Origin: Eledone cirrhosa | Lineage: Eukaryota | DNA length: 64,000 nt | Assembly: GCA_964016885.1 (NCBI GenBank) | Contig: OZ024757.1 | Span: forward strand, 28,706,001-28,770,000 | Direction: 5' to 3' | Shown here: in pieces, positions 52,731 through 64,000 of the stretch | Layout of the letters: the number at the start of each line of letters is the position of its first letter | Position numbering within the stretch: position 1 is the first letter of the stretch | The notes under the pieces: model-generated | The model's input: the letters and a program-made list of their open reading frames with translations, nothing else | Told to the model about the DNA's origin: nothing | Database searches by the model: none | Program-made: the position numbers and the translations under genes

Positions 52731-53992
52731 TCTACTCCCTATCAAATTGTCTTATTCTCTCCAATCTGTATTGTCCATATTTATTGTGTTAAAATTTTTA
52801 TCAACTGATCTTACAGAGTTTTTCCCCTTACATGTTTTTAGATTTTAAACACATGTACAGGGAGTTTTTGTTAAATAATTGCTGAGATAATACATAAAGA
52901 GAAGCTTGTATAACCATCTAAGAATACACATTCTAAAGAATAAGAACCTTGACAGAGATTTCAATAATGATCACACTCACACACATACATGTACACACTC
53001 TCATACAGACACACACACACACACATCAAATCATGCATACACCAATGCACACACATGCATGCATACAAACGCACACATGCTCATACAGAAACGCACACAT
53101 AAATATAAAAACAACACACATCCACAAATACACTAACACAACCACACACAGACGTACACACAAACACATACATACACACAAACACACCCTCACATATAGA
53201 CACACACACATCCACACATTTACAAATACATATTTTTTATATTATTGATGCGGCTTCACAATTTATTTCTAAAAGAAAAAAATATAGTTTTTGCATTGAT
53301 TCCCATTATTATTATTATTTTTATTATTTTTGCTTGTTTGTTTTGTTATCACAGTTTCACTATTTGTCTGTCAAAATTGAAAAATAACAAGAGTCATGTG
53401 ACACTAAGAAAAACACTAAATTAAGTGGAAGGGGTGAGTTAGGTGGGTGGTGGGGTGAGGTTATCATGTTGTAGTTATGTCAGTCATATGGTGTTATATT
53501 CACCTATATATATATATATACAGATATATATATATATATATATACAGATATACATATATATACATACATATATATACATATACATACATACATATACACA
53601 TATATACATATACATACATATACACATATACATACATAGTTACATACATATATATATACATACACACATATACATATATATATATACATACACACACACA
53701 TATATATATATATATATAATGTATGGTTCAAGGAGACCACAAAGAGAGGTACAAAAAGTCTTATTAGTTTCATGTTTTACATTGGAAAGAGGAAAGACAG
53801 GGACGTGACAGGCTTAATCCCTTCTTCAGGAGTACAAATAGAAACAGGATTACAATGGAGAAACAGAAAAAAGGTCCAGTAAAGACAAAGTATGTATGTA
53901 TATGTATCACCATCATCATCATATAACATGTTTTCTTTGCTAGTCGCGAGCAAGGCTTGCATCGGTTATCACAGACCAAGTCAGTACACAAA

Positions 53993-54155
53993 CAGAGCTA
54001 CTGACCTCTCAGATGGGCTGGGGTCCCTCCATCTTGCTTATATAAATTCCCATGCTCTATAAGCAAAATGGGGAGCCCCTGGCCTACCCAAACAGCTAGC
54101 AGAGTACAGGAACGTGAGATGAGGGCTGTTGCCCATCTATGAGGTCAGTAGCTTC
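53993..54155. mobile_element. Putative MITE with internal hairpin
   Basis: Inverted ends AGCTACTGACCTCTCAGATGGGC / GCCCATCTATGAGGTCAGTAGCT; a related end lies at ~11170-11202. Confidence 0.55.
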
Positions 54156-54814
54156 GCTTGAGTATATATGTATAAATACATATATCACCATCCTCAACGT
54201 TTTACATCCATTTTCCCATGCTAGCATGGGTTAGACGAGTTGTCCTGTTGTGGGCTATGCTAGGTCAGATGACGATGTCTTGTTCATACAGAACTTATTT
54301 TGGCTTGATTTCTACAGGTGGATACCCTACCTAACACCAACCTAATTTACAGTGAGTACTAGGTGCTTTTATATACATGTGTGTGTAATAAAGGTGTATA
54401 TACAAGCATGTATGATATGTTTATGTATAATAAACATACAAGAGTAACGCTATGAATATTTTAAGCTGTGATCATGTCACAGCTATCTCAGTAATCGGTG
54501 AGAAGAGAATATCAAACACGTGTTACTGGATTTTTATCCAATGTTGGTGATTTTCACTCACTCAAGACAACAATAACAACCTTATTATCAACAACAATAA
54601 TAAAAACAACATTATCAATAACAGTCTTCTCTAAAGATTTTATAAACAAACTGCCCCAACCCTTCCACCACTTATTTCCACCCCATCCCTCCCCTGCAAA
54701 TCACAAAATTTTTAAAAATAATAAAATATAATTTCAAATTCAAAACACAATAAATTATTGAAAAATAAAGAAAAAAAAGAAGTAAAAAAAATGTTTCACT
54801 AAAAATATATATAC

Positions 54815-54856
<42 letters not shown>

Positions 54857-55691
54857 ATATATGAAAAAATATTGATTGATATGAAAAAGAAAGTCTTAAA
54901 ATCTGATTTTGAAAAGAGAAAAGTTGAGAAAGGGAAATAAGCAAGTGCGTGGTAGGGGTAAGGGATTAAAGAAGAATGAGGGAGTGTGGGGAGTGGGGAT
55001 GAGGGAGTGTGGAGGGGTGAGGGAGTGTGGAGGGATGAGGGAGTGTGGAGGAATGAGGGAGTGGTGGTGGTGGTGGTGGTATGGGAAATATTTCATTGAA
55101 ATAATATAATTGAATGTCATGTTTCTTAAATATGACTTCCAACTGACCAAACAGAACAACAACAATAATGACAATAACAAAACGAACACTGGTCACTCAG
55201 TTCACTGGGGATGTTGTTGGGTTTTAGACATAACTTTTACTATCGATTGGAAGTAAAAGATTGGCAGTTGATGGCCAGAAAGGGATTAACATTTCTGATT
55301 TGGTTTATTTTTACTGTTTTAAGAAACACTTGGCACTGATCAACTGTACTTGTACTGTGTTGCATTGAATTTATTGTACTGTACTATTTTGTATATTGTG
55401 TAGTATTGTACTATACTGTATCATACTTATTTTCTAGTTTTCTCTCTATCACACACTTTCTCCTTTTCTGGAAAAAAATCAGCTGTGTTCAGACCTGGAG
55501 ATGTGATGAGGGTCTGCTAAGTTTAAAATGCCAAAGTCATAAGAGAGGTTAAAGGCCCATAGACATTGACTGTAATGAACTTTAGCGTGTGTGTGTATAT
55601 ATATATATGTATAAAAATATTCATATATATTGTACATAAACATGCATATCAGAGTGCATATAAATAGCTCTGTATGAAAATATATATATAT

Positions 55692-55997
55692 AGTAACATA
55701 CGTGAACGGCAAAGCATAAACGAACTAAGGAAAAAATTAGAAATAAGAGGGATCAGATGTTGTTTACTCGAGAGAAGGCTACGTTGGTACGGTCACGTGA
55801 TGCGCATGAAAGACGACAGCTGTATAACAAAGTGCAGGGCAATAAAGATAGACGGTAGCCACGGAATAGGCAGACCCAGAAAAACCTGGGACGAGCTGAT
55901 AAATTCTGACCTCACACACTTACACCTCTCCAAGACAATGTCATTGGACCGAGACCTTTGGCGGTACTCAGTAATAGAGAAGACCCGCCTTACCTAA
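55692..55997 (+). mobile_element. Short 3' fragment of an RTE LINE
   Basis: SNIRERQSINELR..ERRLRWYGHVMRMKDDSC..GRPRKTW, close to copy 2. Confidence 0.9.
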
Positions 55998-56844
55998 ATA
56001 CTAAGTAAAACCTACTACAGCTAGTAGGCATCTCTAACAAAATACACCCCCGGGGCTGGAAATCATTCTGTTATTTTAAATAGAATATTAGTCTAACGAC
56101 TCCATTTATACCATATACTTGGTCTTGTCTTTGCATGAAATTGTTCTTCTCGCTCCACATAACGACGTATTATCCTCGCTTTTTTCCCCGTTCATTGCCA
56201 GGGAACGTCTTCACGAACCAAAATATTGTCTTCCTGTTTTCATTCGGCTGGAAAATTTCTCGAAATATTTATTTCTGTGTTCACAGATTACTCTCAGTTC
56301 AATTTGAATGGGAAATTCCTGTTTCAGCGATTTTCTCCGTAACCATGGAAGCTTGTACCCTAAAAGTCGACCCAACACCTCTTCGGGTCATTCTGCATAA
56401 CTGTGTAAATTTTCGCTGCATTCCGCCAAGCCATTTCAATGCTTATCCGACTACACCTACTTACTTAAATATACAACGTCCGACCACTTCCAATTTATAT
56501 AGTAGATATATATATACATGTATGTGTGTGCGTATATATAATTCAAATTAAATGGTATATGTATATATAGAGAGATATAGAGAGATAGAAAGAGCTATAT
56601 ATTGATGAGAATACACAATATACTGAATATATATACAGTGCACATATTTCAAAGAAAAATATGTACTCTAGAAGGAAACAATAAAATTCCTTATAGCGCT
56701 ATTTCATGCCTTGTAAAAACCTAACTTTAAATCAATCTATGTAATCAATCATTGATCACATAGCTCTAGACAAAGTCCATTGAGCTATTTTTTATAGAGA
56801 AGCACATGATTCAAACATATTTAATATGTTTTGATACCTAAAAT

Positions 56845-56881
<37 letters not shown>

Positions 56882-57155
56882 TGTGTGTGGAGCAATAGTT
56901 GAAATTGTTTATACTTCACACCTCATTTTATTCACAACAAATATCTCTAATTCAAAATAGTTATAGCTACCTTATGTTTACCTAAACATCTTCATATATG
57001 TGTTGTTCTATCATAAAGATTATATCCACATCATGATGAGCATTTAATGTCTGCTTTCCCTATTAGCAAGTGATGGACAGAGCAAGTATATACACATATA
57101 CATAAATATATATATATATATGTTTTGGAAGCTGCTACAAAGCAGTAAATATTAA

Positions 57156-57376
57156 CCCTTTAGCATTTAGATTACTCTATATTTAATATTATATTTTTAT
57201 GTTAAATGCCCTACCATACATAATTATCTCACATAATACCGAATCTATGAGATTTTGATATTATTTATTTTGAGAAAAATACCTTTACATAAGTATGAGT
57301 GGCAGGTTGCAGCTGGTTTAAACAGAAAGAGGTGAAAGAATTCTGGCCGGATATGGCTGGTTTAGATGCTAAAGGG
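57156..57376 (-). mobile_element. piggyBac-type MITE
   Basis: TTAA|CCCTTTAGC..GCTAAAGGG|TTAA. Confidence 0.85.
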
Positions 57377-58292
57377 TTAAGGTAACAAAGACAGGGGTGA
57401 GGTTGAGAGGAGAAGAGGAAGAAAAACAAAAAAAAAAACAGGAGAGGAAGGAAAAATAAAATATATATACACACACACATATATATATATACAAACACAC
57501 ACACACACATATCTATATATATATATATATACATACATATGACAAGGCTTTAATAGTGGTACCTAAATTCCTGCTGGTTAGATATATTAAAAGGTGGGTG
57601 ATCAATGAGCAACTAATTAATTGCTTACTAAGCAGATTACTCATCAGATTGCTAATCAAGCTAATTACAATTAGTCTCATCAAGCAATGTGTAATATAGT
57701 GAAAGGACAATTAATTATGTGACCCCTATGTTGTATAGACGATGACAATAAACAAAAAAAACAGAGGTAGGAACACTAAAATAAATGCTTTACACTTTCT
57801 AATTTTATATCATCCTTGTTTTGTGTTCAAATCCTACAAGGGGACATATTTTTCTTTCATCTTTTGATTAACCCTTTTGTTACCGTATTTTTAATGAAAG
57901 ACGCTTGCTTATGATTTCCTAATAATTTTGAAAATAATCAAGAATTTGGTAGAGAGTATTAGCAATATAAAGATCAGCAACGACAGCGAAGAACAGGACA
58001 CAGGCAACAGACAACAAATATAACAAAAATCCTTATGAAAATTAATTGATAGATTAGCTGGTAATTACGAAACTAAATAATAACAACAATGAGTCTGGAA
58101 GCATTGTTTCCTTGCTCAGATCTAAGGATCGGTTCCTTTCCTTTTTCTTCATCATCATCATTGTCGTCGTTTAACGTCCACCTTCCATGCTAGCATGGGT
58201 TAGATGGGTTGTCCCATTTGAGGCAAGTTGGGTCAGGTGACAATTTCTTACTCATAGAATTGTTTTGGGCTAGATTACTAACATCAACCACA

Positions 58293-58952
58293 TTTACAGC
58301 GTGTGCTGGGTGTTTCTTGTCGTGTCTCCTACACAACCACTTTACAAGTGTGTGCTGGGTGTTTCTTGTCGTGTCTCCTACACAACCACATTTACAGCGT
58401 GTGCTGGGTGTTTCTTGTCGTGTCTCCTACACGACCACTTTACAAGTGTGTGCTGGGTGTTTCTTGTCGTGTCTCCTACACGACCACTTTACAAGTGTGT
58501 GCTGGGTGTTTCTTGTCGTGTCTCCTACACGACCACTTTACAAGTGTGTGCTGGGTGTTTCTTGTCGTGTCTCCTACACGACCACTTTACAAGTGTGTGC
58601 TGGGTGTATCTTGTCGTGTCTCCTACACGACTACTTTACAAGTGTGTGCTGGGTGTTTCTTGTCGTGTCTCCTACACGACCACTTTACAAGTGTGTGCTG
58701 GGTGTTTCTTGTCGTGTCTCCTACACGACCACTTTACAAGTGTGTGCTGGGTGTTTCTTGTCTTGTCTCCAACACGACCACTTTACAAGTGTGTGCTGGG
58801 TGTTTCTTGTCGTGTCTCCTACACGACTACTTTACAAGTGTGTGCTGGGTGTTTCTTGTCGTGTCTTCTACACGACTACTTTACAAGTGTGTGCTGGGTG
58901 TTTCTTGTCGTGTCTCCTACACGACCACTTTACAAGTGTATGCTGGGTGCTT
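58293..58952. repeat. Homogeneous 49-bp tandem array (~13 copies) grown inside a SINE/RTE-tail element
   Basis: Unit TTACAAGTGTGTGCTGGGTGTTTCTTGTCGTGTCTCCTACACGACCACT; preceded by a reversed RTE tail at 58150-58290. Confidence 0.95.
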
Positions 58953-58959
58953 TTTGTAA

Positions 58960-59235
58960 GTAACCAGGTAGACAACCCACTGAACTGTGAATGACCAGGT
59001 AGACCACACATCGAACTGTAAATGATCAGGTAGACCACACATTGAACTGTAAATGACCAGGTAGACCACACATTGAACTGTAAATGACCAGGTAGACCAC
59101 ACATTGAACTGTAAATGACCAGGTAGACCACATATTGAACTGTAAATGACCAGGTAGACCACAACTAAAGTGTAAATGGCCAGATAGACCACACACTAAA
59201 CTTTAAATGGCCAAATAGACCATACACTAAAGTGG
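58960..59235. repeat. 31-bp tandem array (~8 copies)
   Basis: Unit GAACTGTAAATGACCAGGTAGACCACACATT. Confidence 0.9.
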
Positions 59236-60876
59236 CATCAATTTGCTTGTCAGAATGTTCAATTTTGTGAATGAGAGATATCAAACAATTGATTTTTAGC
59301 TGATGTCAGAGTGGGTTGGTTTCAAAGAAGACATAAGAAATGGTGAATGTCTGTTTTAACAAACCGAAGCCGATAAACCAGAACAACAGGTCGTACAAAC
59401 AAAAGTAAAGCCATGAAAGTCACAAAGTTTAGCTGTGGAACATGTCAAAGGGTTCAACTAATGCAATACTTACCAAACTTATATAAATCTATAAAAATAA
59501 TCCTCGACTAACTTACATGCTGGTGGCAATAGTGATGGCTATAGTGACGATGACGGCAGTGGCAGTAGCAGCGCTGGTGTTGGTGGCAGTGGTGGGAATA
59601 TGAAGTTGTGTGTGTGTGTGTAGGGAGGATTGTTTGGAGTTTAATATTGCCTACATAATATAAAGGATAATGTAGAATACCACTTTTTGGACCCTGTCCA
59701 GACCAAATGCTTCAAAGGAGCAGAGGTGGATCGAGGTGAGAATCGCCACCACCACCACATAACCAAATGCACTAACACTGCCACCAACATCATAATCACC
59801 TTCTTCCTCCCCCTCTTATCATTTCCACCACATCTATTGCACCAATTATCAACACTATGAACTTCAACATCAACAACAGCAATAACACCACCACTGAACA
59901 GAAACACCACTACCAACACCACTCAACAGCAATAACACCACCACCAACACCACCACTCAACAGAAACACCACCACCAATACCACTACAGACACCAGCACT
60001 AACACCACCACCAACACAACCCTAAACCTCCACCACCACTTTTTAGAATTTACCATTCATTATTGTGATTGCCATGGTTATTATCCTTCCGCAGTAGTAG
60101 TAGTGGTAGTAGCAGCATCAATAGTAGTAGTAGCAGCAGAAGCATCAGTAGTAGTAGTAGCAGCAGCAGTAGCAGCAACAGTAGTAGTAGTAGTAGTAGT
60201 CATTAAGTAGTTGAGTGCCAAATGGTAAATTAGGTTTTTGTACGCAGCAATTGTATAAACATGATTAGAGGAAGATGAGACCGAGGAAAAGGTTATGTAA
60301 CCCTTAATATTGTCTTAACTCTCCTTAAAGAAGATTTGAGGGTAGGGAATTAGGAGATGGGGGATGGAGATGGAAACAAAGAGATTATGATGTAGAATGC
60401 AGTGAATTTTACATTATAGTTCCAATATACACCTTTACTTAGTTTAACTACCACACCATATAAAACACCACACAAACACATCACCACACCACCACGCCAT
60501 ACATCACACCACCAACACTCATCCTACATCATGCTGCCACATTGTTGCTTGGGTAAGTACTCTCAAGTCTTGAATACTGCCAACCCTGCCACCCACCCAC
60601 CCTGCTTATTAAATTTTGCTAATCTATCTCCAGCAAAATGTTATTGTTAGTGATTCATATCGATAGAGTAGCTGGGGAGTCAAATAATAATTTTATTTTA
60701 CATTAAAAAAACATTATATATGACAAAAAAAGAACATTACAAGAAATCTCATATTTACTATACAATTACCGATTTCCCAGCCAACCAAACTTCCAGTTTA
60801 TTCCAACCACCTGCTTATTTAAGCAAAAGTTCAACCCCCTATTATTTGGGATCCAAGAGTATATCATTATCTCCAC

Positions 60877-61052
60877 AGTATTGGTAGAGGGTCGGACGCC
60901 ATGCTTTTCAGCATAGTTACGTCCCTTTACGATCTGAATACAAATCCCGCTGAGGCTGACTTTGCCTTTCATCCTTACGGAGGTCGATAAAATAAAGTAC
61001 CAGTAATGTACTGGGTAATTGCTGGCCTTGTGCCAAAAAGTAGAAACAATTA
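60877..61052 (+). mobile_element. SINE family B copy
   Basis: Match to family B. Confidence 0.85.
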
Positions 61053-61486
61053 TCTCCATTATCATCACTGTTTTATGTTTGTTTGTCCATATGTCTGCAT
61101 GGATTAGACAGGTCTTTCTCGGCACAGCATTGCTCTACTCATTGCAGCCCTTCGTCAACCCACCTGTGAGATTCAGTGATTTGGGATCAGCTTTCACAAT
61201 TTCTGACCAGGTCTTTCTTGGCTCCCTTCTACTGCGATATATATAGTTGTTAGCTGTTGGGATACTACATCCTTCAAAACTTCCATCCTTCCCCGAAATT
61301 CACTAACACTACACCTAATATTCCCCCTCCATACACATGCATGCATGTATCTATGTATATCATGACTCAAACATTGTTCACTTTCCTGACATTTGTACAT
61401 TATTCTATGTACTATACATGCAACTTTGATGAGTTGTAGTGCACCCAAGCAATGCACACAATAAGTATCATTATTATATCATTATT

Positions 61487-61690
61487 AGTGGATTGGCAGT
61501 ATCGGTAGAGGGTCGGACGCCATGCTTTGAAGCATAGAGTTACCTCCCTTTATGATCTGAGTTCAAATCCCGCCGAGGTTAACTTTGCCTTTCATCCTTA
61601 CGGGGTCGATAAAATAAAGCACCAGTAATGCACTGGGATAATTGCTGGTCTTGTGCCAAAACTAGAAACAATTATTAATAATTATCATCA
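61487..61690 (+). mobile_element. SINE family B copy (near full length)
   Basis: GTGGATTGGCAGTATCGGTAGAG..GAGTTCAAATCCCGCC..GCCTTTCATCCTTACGGGGTCGATAAAATAAAG..(ATT)n. Confidence 0.9.
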
Positions 61691-62504
61691 TCATTATTAT
61701 AATTATCAACTTTTTTCAGGTCTGCTTCCACATTGGCATGGGTTGGGTGGGTTGTCACAGTCTGAGTCTAAACCATTCAGGTGACAATGTCTTACTGATA
61801 CATTCCATACTTGGTATGGTTTCTACTACTGGATGCAGCAACCACCTTTCAGGGTGGACCAAATGCATTTTAACATGGCACTAGCACTAGAGAGGTTATC
61901 ATGTGGTCGTCCAGACAGAAGAACTCTCTTAGATCCCATATTGCCTCTGTTTGACCCTCAAGTACTTGCTGTTGTTCTTCTCATTCTTCTTCTCCACCTT
62001 CTAGTCTGTCTCCTCATTTTTCTTTTCCTTCTCAATCTTGTTCTTCTACTTGTTCTCTCATCCTTCTTTTCATTCTCTTTCTCTTTTTTTATACAACCTC
62101 CACCACCGCCGCCACCACCAATACCACCACCACCACTATCACCACATATACTGCTTCGTTATCATACCTGTTTTTACAGCAGTGATGTTTTTATTATACC
62201 TTCACCGGGGAAGAAGAAAGAGAGGAGACAGGGGACGGGGGAATGGTTCCCCCCTCACTTCTTTACTGTCACCCAACATCCACCCAGTACCCCTTCCCAC
62301 ATTACCCCCTCCCCTCCGAAATGTCCTTCCACTTCCATCCCATGATGTCGACCTTTCTAATGGAACTGTAATGGTATTTTATAGAAACACACATCATACA
62401 TGGCATCCATTTTCTTGTCAGCCTCACAGAACAATCAATCGCTTAATACCAAATTGCATTGCATTATTTTGGTACTGCCGCTGCTCCTGTACATGGATGT
62501 AGAG

Positions 62505-62855
62505 TGTGTATGTATATATACATTTTATGCATATATATATATACATATATATGATAACGGAAAAAAAATTTACACATATATACATAAGTACATATATAAA
62601 TATATATGTACTTATGTATGTGTAAACATTTTTTCTGTTATCATATATATGTATATACATATATGTTTATATATATATATATATACATATATGTTTATAT
62701 ATATACATATATATATACATATATATTTATATATATACATATATATTTATATATATACATATATATTTATATATATACATATATATTTATATATATACAT
62801 ATATATATATATATTTATATATATACATATATATTTATATATATACATATATATT

Positions 62856-62897
<42 letters not shown>

Positions 62898-62901
62898 TAT
62901 T

Positions 62902-62950
<49 letters not shown>

Positions 62951-63430
62951 TTATATATATATATATATATACATATATATTTATATATATATATATATAT
63001 ACATATATATTTATATATACATATATATATATATATACATGTATGATTATATATATATATATATATATACATATATATTTATATATATATATATATACAT
63101 ATTTATATATACATATATATATATACATATTTATATATATGTTTATATATATATATATACATATATATATATACATATATATTTATATATATATATATAC
63201 ATATATATACTTATATATTTACATATGCATATATATACATATATATATATACATATATATGCATATATATACATATATATATATGTTTATATATACATAT
63301 ATATTTATATATATATACATAAATATGTATATATATATATACATTCATATATATACATATATGTTTATATATGTATATATGTATATTTGCATATATATAT
63401 ACATATATATATACATATATGTATATATAT
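62505..63430. repeat. (TA)n/TACA/TTTA microsatellite
   Basis: Directly visible. Confidence 0.95.
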
Positions 63431-63556
63431 CATCATCATCATCATTTTACGTCTATCTTCCATGCTAGCATGGGTTTAGATGGGAATTGTCCCATGTGAG
63501 GCAAGATTGGTTGTCTTGCTCGTATAGGACTGTCTATATATATATATATATATATG

Positions 63557-63591
<35 letters not shown>

Positions 63592-63616
63592 ATGTATATA
63601 TATATATATATATATA

Positions 63617-63890
63617 TCATCATCATCGTTTAACGTCCATATTCCACGCTTGCATGGGTTTGGACGGGAGTTTTCCCACTTGAGGCAAGAGTGGTTGTCT
63701 TGCTCGCATAGGACTGTCTGGCGGGTTTTCTACGGCTGGATGCCCTTCCTAACACCAACCACATTTACAGTGTGGAACTGGGAGGTTTTTAGCGTGTTAC
63801 CTACACGGCCACATTACAGCGTGGGCTGTGTGTTTTTTGTCGTGACACCTACACAACCTCATTTGTTTCGAGCTGGATGCTGTGGTACCA
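63617..63890 (-). mobile_element. SINE/RTE-tail element with ~48-bp internal units
   Basis: (CAT)n GTTTAACGTCC..GGATGCCCTTCCTAACACCAACC..; matches 7327-7495. Confidence 0.8.
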
Positions 63891-64000
63891 ACATAACTTT
63901 ACATTGAAAGGGGTGGTGTGGATGGGGTGGGGGGTAGTGGGACGGGGGTGTATTTTGTTAGAGGTGCCTACTGACTGTAGTAGGTTTCACTTTGTACTTA

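Noticed and set aside
57595-57690. Further hammerhead candidates (minus-strand CTGATGAG/TTGATGAG), and CTGAAGA at 10442 and 48374
   Set aside because: No properly placed GAAA or stem III, so they were not counted.
58209-58994. Cys-rich repeat protein or CRISPR-like array
   Set aside because: A head-to-tail 49-bp tandem repeat without unique spacers, derived from a SINE-internal unit; no cas genes and a eukaryotic context.

Overview
Repeat-saturated, AT-rich metazoan DNA, most likely intronic or intergenic. The SINE families and extreme (TA)n/(CA)n/(ACC)n density suggest an octopus-type coleoid cephalopod (inference). No host gene can be securely called, and nearly all long ORFs in the track are translations of simple repeats. 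Recognisable content: a 5'-truncated Penelope-like element (PLE) with an open RT + GIY-YIG ORF (40504-42045), a second PLE GIY-YIG remnant, four RTE-clade LINE copies (with a PHD-like finger inside the RT region), two abundant tRNA-derived SINE families, a mariner pseudogene, piggyBac/hAT/Tc1/pogo-type MITEs, a Helitron-type 3' end, and SINE-seeded minisatellites. The most striking signal is about 15 type-I hammerhead-ribozyme motifs of several sequence families. Most sit in short cassettes embedded in (TA)n tracts, often as fold-back palindromes with a one-sided tail carrying a shared TTGAGT(G/A/T)CT motif. The large PLE shows the same architecture, pointing to a PLE-driven, microsatellite-targeting family of non-autonomous ribozyme retroelements. 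A few candidate exons, including a 12-nt microexon, are flagged at low confidence. All structures were read by eye, not computed.
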